Position numbers and translations under genes: made by a program. This document shows positions 1 through 9,041 of a stretch of 32,000 bases of DNA, one piece after another; position 1 is the stretch's first letter; each line of letters starts with the position of its first letter. Source of the DNA: Candidatus Hermodarchaeota archaeon (GTDB taxonomy: Archaea; Asgardarchaeota; Heimdallarchaeia; Hodarchaeales; Hodarchaeaceae). The DNA lies in NCBI GenBank assembly GCA_048886185.1, contig JBHLKY010000018.1, positions 1-32,000 of the forward strand. Direction: 5' to 3'. Below the pieces are notes generated by a model. That model saw only the letters and a list, made by a program, of their open reading frames with translations. It searched no databases and was not told the DNA's origin.

Positions 1-61
1 TGAAATAGTAATTATTAGTGAACGTTCATATAAACTTTATTAAAGTTCACATCTAAACAGT

Positions 62-1174
62 TCAAAAAAATTTCGAATAATGAAAGCGTCGTAATGGGCT
101 TTTCTCACGGAGAATCAGGACTAGAATACCCCCAGTGATCATAATACGAATGAGGAAAGGAATTAGCAACGATACTTGTCCAAACAAGGTGGATAGTAAA
201 AAGTTCACCATGAGGGAGAGTCCAATACCCAATGGGAGCAGAAGAATAGTAATAACAAGATTTAAACTGTGGAAAGAATCAGGATCAGCAAGTTGTCCCT
301 TTTTAACTAAGTGGATTCGGTAAAAGATCGATCCAAAAAAAAGAAGGGCAAAAAGGTCTACCCAGAAGAAGCAGAGAGAAGTTGTGAGGGGATGGAGGTG
401 GTCAAGTTCCGACGCCCAGCTCATGGGCGGATAAATCACCGTAGGCGCCTTCCAACTAATTTGGTTTAAGACCATGAGTAAAAAGGAAAAAACTGCTACT
501 TGAGAGACAAATAATGGAAAAAGGCGTTCTCGGAATAGACGGGGAGTTAGAGCGTTATCATAGAGGACACTGCCAAGGATCAGGAAATAGACAGGCATGA
601 CGAAGACAACAACAATGGAGAGAACTCGGAGGGGATAGATGAAGGAGGCTTGGAGTAAATACGGGGGTCGCGTACTGGACGATCCAAACCATTTTGGGAA
701 ATCACGGGGATCTATAAACCAAAGATAACGGATAATGTCCCCCATTTCCATGTGATCATCAGGATCATATCCAGCGGGGAGCCAGTGAAGGTAAAACACA
801 AGAAGAGTCACGAATATGAGGAATGAGTATTTAATAATCATCCAAGAAATCCCCTGACTGTTTCCAGGGTGTCTTTCATTCATTTTCATCTGCTGAATGA
901 TTTTAGCACCCCCATACATTGCGAAGGCTCCACATAATAATTCAATAGCGATGGTCTCAGGTGTGAAAAAGAGGGTAACATATTCAGGGTCAAGTAAAGG
1001 GGGAATCATCCAATGTGCTGTCTCTGGAAGTGTTTGCATATAGCGAATATAAAGGGTATAGAATACCCAAATGCCAACATAGATGACCCCCATGGAAATT
1101 GTAAACAGAATTATCGCGAAGAACAGGAGAAAATAAACATTCCCTAATCCTTCTTCAGCGTTACTGTCTGTCAA
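62..1174 (-). CDS. Hypothetical polytopic membrane protein (about 8-9 TM segments)
   Basis: 370-aa ORF with a TTG start, a GGAG motif upstream and many long hydrophobic stretches. No family recognised. Confidence 0.75.
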   Translation of the reverse strand: MTDSNAEEGLGNVYFLLFFAIILFTISMGVIYVGIWVFYTLYIRYMQTLPETAHWMIPPLLDPEYVTLFFTPETIAIELLCGAFAMYGGAKIIQQMKMNERHPGNSQGISWMIIKYSFLIFVTLLVFYLHWLPAGYDPDDHMEMGDIIRYLWFIDPRDFPKWFGSSSTRPPYLLQASFIYPLRVLSIVVVFVMPVYFLILGSVLYDNALTPRLFRERLFPLFVSQVAVFSFLLMVLNQISWKAPTVIYPPMSWASELDHLHPLTTSLCFFWVDLFALLFFGSIFYRIHLVKKGQLADPDSFHSLNLVITILLLPLGIGLSLMVNFLLSTLFGQVSLLIPFLIRIMITGGILVLILREKSPLRRFHYSKFF

Positions 1175-1258
1175 TGTCGATTACTTCTCCATCGATTAAT
1201 TTAGCTAAGATTTTGCTTATAAAAACCTAAATTAGCCTTTTTTCCAAAGGTGAGGAAC

Positions 1259-3265
1259 TTATGTTCCACCACTTATGAAATAATCCAACCAGTTAAAAGC
1301 TTCACCACTCATGAGGGCAATCTCATAGTCATCAAAGGTCAAATAGATCATTTCATCAGAATCGAAAGCCCCAGTAGCCTCAGCCCAGATCATCGTGGCC
1401 CCTCGCGCAACTGTTCCATCTAAATCAAGAGTGTACATATATAGCCCATACAAAAGGGGGCCCAAATTCTCTCGGAAGAAACACTCCTTTGGAGAAATGA
1501 CAACATCAAGCAGGTGACATAAACCTGAGATTGCTAATGCAGCAACGACATCTCTAACCTCCAAAATGAAGGTACTTATCCCCCAAGCAAGGGTTGGATT
1601 AATGGTGCTTATCCCAATAACCCCACTGACCATAGCTAATCCGAAAATAGCACTCCAAACAAATTTTGACGCCATTCCCATTAGTATTCCTCCTGTGGTC
1701 AATGTGGTACCGAATATCACCGCTCCTGCTCCCCAAAGAAAAGCACCAACGACAGCGGCCGCTACAACCATGATTACTAATCTCCATAAATTATTCCAGA
1801 ACTGCTCCCAATATTCAGTTTCTACATCTTTTGCAAGTTGTGCAGAGAAGTCAATCGACATTGTCTGGAATGTGGTTGCCATGTTGCAATTATAGCGAAG
1901 TGAACCTGTAGTATCCTTATCGTTTTCTATAGCTGCAATTGCTATATTGTATGAACCCCCGCAATATGCCCGGTAACCGATATGCTCAGATTCACCCAAA
2001 GGAACCCAATATTTGCCTCCATTAAATGCACCCTCGATTTCTTTTGCACTATAGCGGATACTATCCTCCGCTGCATCCATCATGATTATTTTCGACTCGA
2101 GAGGTTCGTAAGAGGTTACTGTCCGTCCATACAAGTACACTTCTGCAATTCCACCAAAGTTGTCAGAAGCTGTGCCTGTTCCCTTGTTCATCTGACTGTA
2201 ATCATCATCCCATACCTCTAGGATCTGAAACTCCACCATCTCTGGGTAGATAGCATGTTCTGCGTCTCCCTCAGGATTGACAATAATAACTATGTCGGAT
2301 GTTTGCCATGGTTGGAAATGGATGGTGTATTGTCTTATTATTGGTGATGACCAACTTGTTCCATCTCGGAGTGTAACCTTGAGTGTCTTAACTGGGTCCA
2401 CATTTAAGTACGCATCATCTCCTTCATCTGACCACTGACAATTGGAGGCAGGTGCAATCCTAATAACATCAATAGGAGGATTGGCTAACGCAGGAACTAA
2501 TGTATCAATTCCGATCTTGTGATCTGGTCCTGAAGATAACCACTGTAATGGTGTTCCATCGCTTTGCGTACCACCATAACTGTCGCCATCAGTATACCCA
2601 TCAGAGTCAAAGGAGTATGTATCAACAACACAAGATGGGTAGAAATATTGGTTGGTTCCTCCTTTCGACCAGGTGAGAGTTGAACCACCTGTCTGCTGAG
2701 TCATGTTAAAGTAATCCATGGCAGATCCAGAAGTAACATCAGAGATGTCGGTTATTACATCATCAACGATGAGCCCCGAATATAGGGCCCATGGAATCCC
2801 TGCCCCGTAGTTTTTTCCATTTCCATATGTATCATAATCGGATCGTCCACGTGGAATGAATTTCTCACCATTAAATTCCCCGATTTCTGATGTGTTAAAA
2901 TCATAATGGACACTACTTTCATATGCTTTTTTGTTGTTAAAGTTGTTAACCAATGGATGACGCAGGATAATTTCGTTAGTAAGGTTACTATTGTGATACC
3001 AGTACCAGAAATTTGTATTGGTAAAAACCCAACCATTCGATGAGTTTGTTAAGTCTGTTGAGAGCGAGATATTCGGGGTCACAGAATTAGTGTTTCCACG
3101 AGGAAAAACGCTCCAGGAGAAACAATCATTTGTGTTTATCCCATGATGTGTCTCTACTGGAGTAGTTTTCACTCCAAAATTGTATCTGGAGCCCGAAGTA
3201 GCAGCAGTTTTCTCTGCTTGATATATTGCGGTCACTGTGTTCCAATGGGGAACTTGAGATCCCAC
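1259..3265 (-). CDS. Large secreted/surface-type protein with an F5/8 type C (discoidin/galactose-binding-like) domain and a hydrophobic C-terminal region; possibly 5'-truncated
   Basis: 668-aa ORF rich in G/S/T/N/D/W with N-glycosylation sequons. The segment DG..DG...QWLS...IGIDT...IDVIRIAP...VKTLKVTLRDGTSW...FQILEVW...IAEVYLYG fits the discoidin-like sandwich pattern. A G/A-rich hydrophobic stretch follows near the C-terminus. The frame stays open upstream to 3325 with no ATG and no signal peptide. Confidence 0.7.
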   Translation of the reverse strand: MGSQVPHWNTVTAIYQAEKTAATSGSRYNFGVKTTPVETHHGINTNDCFSWSVFPRGNTNSVTPNISLSTDLTNSSNGWVFTNTNFWYWYHNSNLTNEIILRHPLVNNFNNKKAYESSVHYDFNTSEIGEFNGEKFIPRGRSDYDTYGNGKNYGAGIPWALYSGLIVDDVITDISDVTSGSAMDYFNMTQQTGGSTLTWSKGGTNQYFYPSCVVDTYSFDSDGYTDGDSYGGTQSDGTPLQWLSSGPDHKIGIDTLVPALANPPIDVIRIAPASNCQWSDEGDDAYLNVDPVKTLKVTLRDGTSWSSPIIRQYTIHFQPWQTSDIVIIVNPEGDAEHAIYPEMVEFQILEVWDDDYSQMNKGTGTASDNFGGIAEVYLYGRTVTSYEPLESKIIMMDAAEDSIRYSAKEIEGAFNGGKYWVPLGESEHIGYRAYCGGSYNIAIAAIENDKDTTGSLRYNCNMATTFQTMSIDFSAQLAKDVETEYWEQFWNNLWRLVIMVVAAAVVGAFLWGAGAVIFGTTLTTGGILMGMASKFVWSAIFGLAMVSGVIGISTINPTLAWGISTFILEVRDVVAALAISGLCHLLDVVISPKECFFRENLGPLLYGLYMYTLDLDGTVARGATMIWAEATGAFDSDEMIYLTFDDYEIALMSGEAFNWLDYFISGGT

Positions 3266-3372
3266 GTTCAGGAAACCGTCACTCGCACCACTATAACGGA
3301 CATTTTCAATGGATAAGTATTGCTTTTATACCAAGAATCTTTTATTTTTAACGATCAAGATTCACTTTATTA

Positions 3373-3933
3373 ATGAAAAAAGAAATAAACTTCGAGAGAT
3401 TAATGATGGCCTCAAAAACAACTCCAGAAGCAAAAAAATTGGAAAATTATCCAATTAAAATTGTTTGTGTCTCTGCAACTCTCACTATTATCAGCTATTT
3501 ATTAGGTACGGCCGTTTTTTATGTTCTTTCTCCATTACTAGGTGTTCTTTTTCTAATACTTACAATCACTAACATAGGAGTCAGTATGAAATTACGATGC
3601 ACCAATTGCTTTTATCTCGGAAAGTACTGCAATTTTGGCTTGGGAAAACTAGCTGCAATACTTTTTAAGAAAGGAAATCCAGAGGAGTTCAGTAATCGCA
3701 GAAAAGTAATTCCAACAGCTGTTTTAAGTTTTGGAACAATGCTTCTTCCAATAGTTGCTGGTATTTTACTACTCCTAATTGATTTTTCAATAGGAAATAT
3801 CACTCTTCTATCAGTGTACATTTTATTCGGCATTGTACCAAACTTCTTCGTACGAGGCTCATTCTGTGAGAAATGTATGCAAGGTCAGCTAGGTTGTCCA
3901 TCTTATGAACAAATGATTAAGTCACGACAGTGA
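3373..3933 (+). CDS. 4-TM membrane protein with two CxxC-x6-C motifs
   Basis: Two TM hairpins, followed respectively by CTNCFYLGKYC and CEKCMQGQLGC. Confidence 0.8.
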   Translation: MKKEINFERLMMASKTTPEAKKLENYPIKIVCVSATLTIISYLLGTAVFYVLSPLLGVLFLILTITNIGVSMKLRCTNCFYLGKYCNFGLGKLAAILFKKGNPEEFSNRRKVIPTAVLSFGTMLLPIVAGILLLLIDFSIGNITLLSVYILFGIVPNFFVRGSFCEKCMQGQLGCPSYEQMIKSRQ

Positions 3934-3967
3934 TGACTCGTTCATTGGAGCACCTTGCTGTAGCATT

Positions 3968-3994
3968 TCAAGTTTCTTTGAGAGTAAATCGACT
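3968..3994 (-). repeat. Orphan copy of the last 8 codons plus stop of the ABC permease (SRFTLKET*); imperfect direct repeat of 5587-5613
   Basis: Minus strand reads AGT CGA TTT ACT CTC AAA GAA ACT TGA versus the permease end AGT CGA TTT ACT TTA AAA GAA ACA TAG. 22/27 nt are identical and all differences are synonymous or stop-to-stop. Confidence 0.8.
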
Positions 3995-4070
3995 CGAAAA
4001 ATTATATCTTATGTAAGGTATTTCATGGACTCAGAGAATTAAATTCTTTCGATGTTTCAGTGTGGTGATT

Positions 4071-5519
4071 CTAAACTTTTTTCCTTTTTTTATAGTAAAT
4101 AAGTTCCATTAAAAATATCACGAAAACTAGATGTGTCCCAAATCCAGTGAAGAACATAGATGAACTATCTGACACACTTAAATTCTTGGAGATAGTTTTC
4201 GTTGGAATTATTTCTTCCTCTGTCTTGATTGTTACTTCTGTGGTTGTATCTTTTACTTCAGAGAGTTTTACTAACCACATATCATAATCACCCACTCCAT
4301 AGGAATTCGTAGCACCAATGATGAGGAACCCGTCAGCAGCAGTCTGAATAACTGATCTACCAAATTCTTCTCCTGATCCGCCAAGAGTTTGATTCCATTT
4401 GATTGTTCCATTGGCCCAAGTCTTGACAAGCCAGATATCGTCATTACCAGCTCCATAGGATTCAGTCGTACCAACAATGAGAAACTCATCAGCAGCAGTC
4501 TGAATAACTGAAGAAGGTCTGTCTCGTTTTACTCCCCCATAAGTCTGATTCCATTTCTCGGATCCACTCTCATCAGTCTTCACAAGGCAGATATCCGAAT
4601 CATTGGTCCAGAAATTTGTCACACCAGCAAGGAGAAATCCTCCATCAATAGTTGGAATCAATGATATAGCATAATCACTCTCCGATCCCCCATAGGTTTG
4701 ATTCCATTCAACCGACCCATTCATGTAAGTCTTGAGTAGCACAATATCCTCATCATAAGCCCCATAGGTTCCAGTTTCACCAGCAATGAGGAACCCACCA
4801 TCAATTGTTTGAATTACTGAGTAACTACGATCATCCATTGATCCATAGGTCTGGTTCCATTCAACAGACCCATTAATAAAAGTTTTTATAAGCCAAATAT
4901 CCAAATTATTGGGTCTCGAGCCTTGAAAATAATCTGATGTATAACCTGAAAGGAGGAACCCCCCATCAACAGTCTGAATTACCGAATTTAAAAAGCAATG
5001 TTCATCTGCCTGCCATCTGCTTCGTAAGTAATAATAAGACTGACACCAATCTTCCGTTCCATTAGCGAATACTTTCCAAGCTGACCCCCAATAAAGAACA
5101 GGAAGCATATTTTGGATTGAGGAGGTCCCTATTAAGAGGAAACCTCCATCCTTGGTCTGGATTAAATCAGAAGCCCAGTCACTCCCAAAGATATCACGAG
5201 TTTGGTTCCATTCTACAGATCCATTCGCATTTATCTTCACTAACCACATATCTGAATCTCTTTCACCATAGGATTCAGTGGAGCCAGCAAGGAGGAACCC
5301 CCCATCAGTAGTCTGAACTCCTTCAACAGCATAGTCTCTTTCTGGCCCACCAAAGGTTAGATTTAGTTGAATTTGGATAATGTCCGTTTTTTCATCCGTA
5401 ACAGGCTCATTTAAAAGAATATTCCCTTTATTTTCACGAGTTTTCATCCAAGGGAATGGTAAGCTCAGGAGAATAACAAGAATGATCAAAAATCCTCTCA
5501 TCACTCTCTTCTGAAACAT
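4071..5519 (-). CDS. Membrane-anchored extracellular beta-propeller-like protein with 7 repeats of about 50 aa (QTxDGGFLxxG...DxWLVKxxxNGxxxWNQTYGG)
   Basis: N-terminal signal/anchor, seven visible repeats, a T/S-rich stalk, a C-terminal TM helix and a KKRKK tail. About 13 N-x-S/T sequons. Repeats 6 and 7 share 23 identical nt (4333-4355 and 4489-4511). Confidence 0.85.
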   Translation of the reverse strand: MFQKRVMRGFLIILVILLSLPFPWMKTRENKGNILLNEPVTDEKTDIIQIQLNLTFGGPERDYAVEGVQTTDGGFLLAGSTESYGERDSDMWLVKINANGSVEWNQTRDIFGSDWASDLIQTKDGGFLLIGTSSIQNMLPVLYWGSAWKVFANGTEDWCQSYYYLRSRWQADEHCFLNSVIQTVDGGFLLSGYTSDYFQGSRPNNLDIWLIKTFINGSVEWNQTYGSMDDRSYSVIQTIDGGFLIAGETGTYGAYDEDIVLLKTYMNGSVEWNQTYGGSESDYAISLIPTIDGGFLLAGVTNFWTNDSDICLVKTDESGSEKWNQTYGGVKRDRPSSVIQTAADEFLIVGTTESYGAGNDDIWLVKTWANGTIKWNQTLGGSGEEFGRSVIQTAADGFLIIGATNSYGVGDYDMWLVKLSEVKDTTTEVTIKTEEEIIPTKTISKNLSVSDSSSMFFTGFGTHLVFVIFLMELIYYKKRKKV

Positions 5520-5586
5520 TATTTCCCCTGGCTTTTCATGAGAATTTACTAATTTTTTAAGTTTACCTTAACTGAAACGATTACTT

Positions 5587-6750
5587 CTATGTTTCTTTTA
5601 AAGTAAATCGACTACCAATCAGAAACAATCCAAAGAATATTAACATGGCAATTAGATCGACATTGAACAACTCTAAAACATATCCTTCGATGGCGACTTG
5701 CCGTAACAGATGAACTCCATATGTAGTAGGTAGTAAATAACAGACCCAGCGAATAATTTCTGGGATTTGACTAATGGGAATAACTATTCCTGACAATAAA
5801 AGTGCGGGTAAGATTACTAATGGGACGAATTGGATTGCTTGAAATTCAGACCTGGCAAAGGATGATAAAAAGATTGCAAGGACTAATCCATTCCATCCAA
5901 GGATGACAGCACCGATATAGAGAGAAATATAATGAGCTAAAGAGGTTCCAAAGGAAACATCAAACATTACTCTTGCCACGAAAATTATTACGGTTGTTTG
6001 AGCCATGCTGACAATGGAGAAAGCTGCAAGATAGCCCAGAATAATTTGACCTTTATCATAAGGACATTGGAGAAGTAATGGCAATGTCCCTCCCTTCCTT
6101 TCGCCGATAAGATTCATCATTACAAGTATAAAAGAGAAAAAGAAGACACCAAAGATTATCATAGCGGGGGCAAAAAAGTCAAGGGTTGTTGAATCCTCTC
6201 CAAAAGCATAACCTATATCAAATTTCAGATTCTCACGAAGTTCCCCAGTAGCTTCTTGAAATGCCTCTTGAAACGCTTGGATTATTACGCCACCTTCTTG
6301 AGGATTACTATTATCTAAAAATAGTTTTACTGAGACATTCTCACCAGAAAAAGAAGCAAGATTGTAGGTGAAGTTTACAGGAATCCAGATAACACATTTA
6401 TATTGTTTCTGGATCACTAGTTCTTTGGCATCCGAATAATTGAGAGAACTGAGGGTAATATCGACTTTAACAGATTTATCTAAAGAATTAACAATCTTAG
6501 CTCCTAAAGCTGAAACTTTCTGTTCTGTAATGTTTATGAACGGATAAATAGGAAGTAATTCTATTTTCGGTATTTGAGCATCGCTATCCTCATTAATGAC
6601 AATTACTGGTTCATGTTCGATTTCACCACCGAATGCAATCCCAAAAACCATGATATAGATAATTGGAGCGAATAGTAATAATCCTAACGTTCGCCTATCA
6701 CGTAGGAGTTGTTTCCATAATCTTATAGTTATTAAATAAGCAAATCTCAT
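5587..6750 (-). CDS. ABC-2 type exporter permease
   Basis: N-terminal TM, extracytoplasmic loop, five C-terminal TMs, ERKGGTL and LLLSGIVIPISQIP motifs. Start overlaps the ATPase stop (ATGA). Confidence 0.92.
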   Translation of the reverse strand: MRFAYLITIRLWKQLLRDRRTLGLLLFAPIIYIMVFGIAFGGEIEHEPVIVINEDSDAQIPKIELLPIYPFINITEQKVSALGAKIVNSLDKSVKVDITLSSLNYSDAKELVIQKQYKCVIWIPVNFTYNLASFSGENVSVKLFLDNSNPQEGGVIIQAFQEAFQEATGELRENLKFDIGYAFGEDSTTLDFFAPAMIIFGVFFFSFILVMMNLIGERKGGTLPLLLQCPYDKGQIILGYLAAFSIVSMAQTTVIIFVARVMFDVSFGTSLAHYISLYIGAVILGWNGLVLAIFLSSFARSEFQAIQFVPLVILPALLLSGIVIPISQIPEIIRWVCYLLPTTYGVHLLRQVAIEGYVLELFNVDLIAMLIFFGLFLIGSRFTLKET

Positions 6751-7487
6751 GCCATATCCCCCTTTATTAACTCAAAAAACATATTTTCCATATTATTTTG
6801 TCCAGTTTGCTTTAACAGGTTTTCTGGGGTATCGACAGCAAGGAGAGAGCCATTTCTCATCACACCCACTCTATCCGCCCACTCTGCTTCATTTAAGTAG
6901 TGAGTAGTAACTAAAATTGTTGTTCCTTGTTCTTGAGCTATTTCTCGAAAATATTGCCAGAATTCTCGCCGTAAGACAGGATCAAGACCAACAGTTGGTT
7001 CATCAAGGAAGGCAACTTCTGGTTTATTTACCATTGCTTGTGCAAGAGCAGTTCTTTGTTGTGTGCCTCCTGATAAATGAAGTGCCAATTTGTTTTTATG
7101 CTCGTTGAGAGACAATTTTTTGATCATTAAGGAGGTATTTTCACTTGCCACATCACTGGGAACACCTTTTGCTCGTGCAAAGAATTTAATGTTCTCTTTT
7201 GCAGTTAAAAGATCATAAAGCGCCCTTTGTTGAGGAAGATACCCCATAATCCGTCTAAGCTTCTTCTTTTCTTTAGGAATATGATAACCCTTAACTAGAA
7301 TTTCTCCTGAACCTTTTTCAGATTTCAAAATTCCTAATAGCAAACGTATGGTAGTAGTTTTACCTGCTGCATTCGGCCCAACGAGACAAAAGATTTCTCC
7401 ACGTTTTACCTGAAGATCTAGCTCATCGACTGCGATAACATCTCCAAATCGTTTGGAAACATGATTTATTTCAATATCAAATGTCAT
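6747..7487 (-). CDS. ABC transporter ATP-binding protein (ABC-2/multidrug type)
   Basis: Walker A GPNAAGKTT, signature LSGG, Walker B FLDEP, H-loop TTH. Start placed at ATG 7487 behind a GGTGAG SD rather than the TTG at 7499. Confidence 0.95.
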   Translation of the reverse strand: MTFDIEINHVSKRFGDVIAVDELDLQVKRGEIFCLVGPNAAGKTTTIRLLLGILKSEKGSGEILVKGYHIPKEKKKLRRIMGYLPQQRALYDLLTAKENIKFFARAKGVPSDVASENTSLMIKKLSLNEHKNKLALHLSGGTQQRTALAQAMVNKPEVAFLDEPTVGLDPVLRREFWQYFREIAQEQGTTILVTTHYLNEAEWADRVGVMRNGSLLAVDTPENLLKQTGQNNMENMFFELIKGDMA

Positions 7488-7586
7488 AAATCTCACCAAA
7501 ACTATCTACAATATCAGGTTTCAATAAAAAATCTTAGCTTCACATCAATGTTTCGATGTTAATATTATATACTTTAAGGAACAATA

Positions 7587-8987
7587 GTGAATAAAGGGAC
7601 TCTGGGTGATATGATGAACACAAATGAATTTCTTCAAAAATTCGAAGAGAAGTTAAATTTTCAGTCTTTCTCCACTAAGACAAAAATGGTAAAAGTGGAC
7701 TTCTTTCTTTCCCATATCTTGCCCCAAGTAGAGGTAACCGCCATTATCCCTCCCTTTCAGGCGAGGGGTCATGAACTTAGTGATCTATTAGCAATTTATA
7801 CCCTCCCTAAAACTTTTGATGAGACATGGCTTAAGGAGGGTGGAAGTTTGGCAACAAGACCTCCTTGTGGTGTTTTATTTTATGGTATTGGATTTCCTCC
7901 AAAAGATCGTCACGGACCTCTTAGTGAGTATTCAGTAAATGTGTTGTATTATCGAAGTATATGGGTGACTCATCCGAAAAAGGAAGAGAAATCTAGTCAG
8001 TCAATCCCAGAAGAAGAAGTCATTCAAATAATTCGGGATGCTCAGGAAGAAGAAGATCAAAGAGTTCGATGTCAAAAGATGTCAATGGCGGAGATTATGA
8101 CCTCTATGAGTCGAGAGTTCATTGATGGATGGTTTTGGACTTTAGGAGCATATATGGAGCGCATCCTACCCCAAACAACAGATGATGAAGATTTGGTATG
8201 GCCTCTCTCCTATTTCAGTGGGGGGTACGACCCCGCCACCGTATCACGTTATTCTGATTTTTTTTACTCTGATTTCAAGTGGTTTTTCCCTCCTCCAAAT
8301 CTTGGACCAGATTTCAGGAGTGGCGGAAGGAATGCAAATAGAATCCAAATACAGCACCTGAAGCAGATAAAACAGGGGGGTCTCGCATTAATAGATGTAC
8401 TTAGAATGTTGATTCAGGATGTGAAGACGATAGTACAGAACCGTGATGAGACTGCAAAGGGGCGCATTTTCTTTCCAGAGGCATTATCTGCAAATATCTT
8501 GGAGGAGAAACCTCAGCTTATCACTCTTGTATTTGACGATATGGATCGGCCCACTCCAACAGAGTACCTCCAGCAGTTCGAGAGATGTCTAGATATTCAC
8601 CCTTTAATAACAGGGAAAGAAAGGAAGGTAAGTACTGACACACTCATTAACTATATTCTCCCACAGGTGGTCATCTTAACTAGACCAATAGATTTGGACA
8701 AAAGTCTTAGAATTATGACGGAAATTAGAATTGTAACGGTAGATAAGACAGGATATAAAGACCTTCTAGAGGGGAAGTTACGGGATACGATTGTTTTTCA
8801 TGCGGTCATTTTTGACGAACAGACTGGACAACGTGGAGAGTTGGATTCCTTTCGATATTATCTGAGTCCTCTGTCTGACCATATTTGGAATATGAGGTCT
8901 CACGATTTGGGATTTCGTATAGTGAGCGAGTTAGAGGAGGTGAGTTTCGTGATTCGACATTTACAAGATGAGTCTCACAATTATTAA
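7587..8987 (+). CDS. Hypothetical soluble protein with an internally repeated module (ILPQ motif three times)
   Basis: 466-aa ORF. Likely true start is ATG about 7611-7614 after GGTGAT. Two similar segments end in ILPQV. Confidence 0.75.
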   Translation: MNKGTLGDMMNTNEFLQKFEEKLNFQSFSTKTKMVKVDFFLSHILPQVEVTAIIPPFQARGHELSDLLAIYTLPKTFDETWLKEGGSLATRPPCGVLFYGIGFPPKDRHGPLSEYSVNVLYYRSIWVTHPKKEEKSSQSIPEEEVIQIIRDAQEEEDQRVRCQKMSMAEIMTSMSREFIDGWFWTLGAYMERILPQTTDDEDLVWPLSYFSGGYDPATVSRYSDFFYSDFKWFFPPPNLGPDFRSGGRNANRIQIQHLKQIKQGGLALIDVLRMLIQDVKTIVQNRDETAKGRIFFPEALSANILEEKPQLITLVFDDMDRPTPTEYLQQFERCLDIHPLITGKERKVSTDTLINYILPQVVILTRPIDLDKSLRIMTEIRIVTVDKTGYKDLLEGKLRDTIVFHAVIFDEQTGQRGELDSFRYYLSPLSDHIWNMRSHDLGFRIVSELEEVSFVIRHLQDESHNY

Positions 8988-9003
8988 AAAGGTTAAAAAG
9001 CCT

Positions 9004-9037
9004 TGCTATTTTGATACCCCTCAAGGGGTAAATAGCA
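9004..9037. promoter_or_regulatory. Palindrome TACCCC-N4-GGGGTA nested in a TGCTATT...AATAGCA inverted repeat, directly before the TrmB start; candidate operator
   Basis: Perfect 6-bp and 7-bp inverted repeats at 9015-9030 and 9004-9010/9031-9037, ending 4 nt before the ATG at 9042. Confidence 0.5.
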
Positions 9038-9041
9038 TATC

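Noticed and set aside
3270-3303. Leaderless 11-codon ORF (MSVIVVRVTVS) after a TATAAAAG box as a frameshifted start of the 668-aa gene
   Set aside because: No slippery sequence, and the main frame already looks coding through the same interval. It cannot be supported without homologs.
4071-5519. CRISPR array or diversity-generating retroelement target suggested by DNA repeats
   Set aside because: The repeats are in-frame protein repeats. There is no repeat-spacer pattern, no reverse transcriptase, and no template/variable pair with adenine-specific differences.
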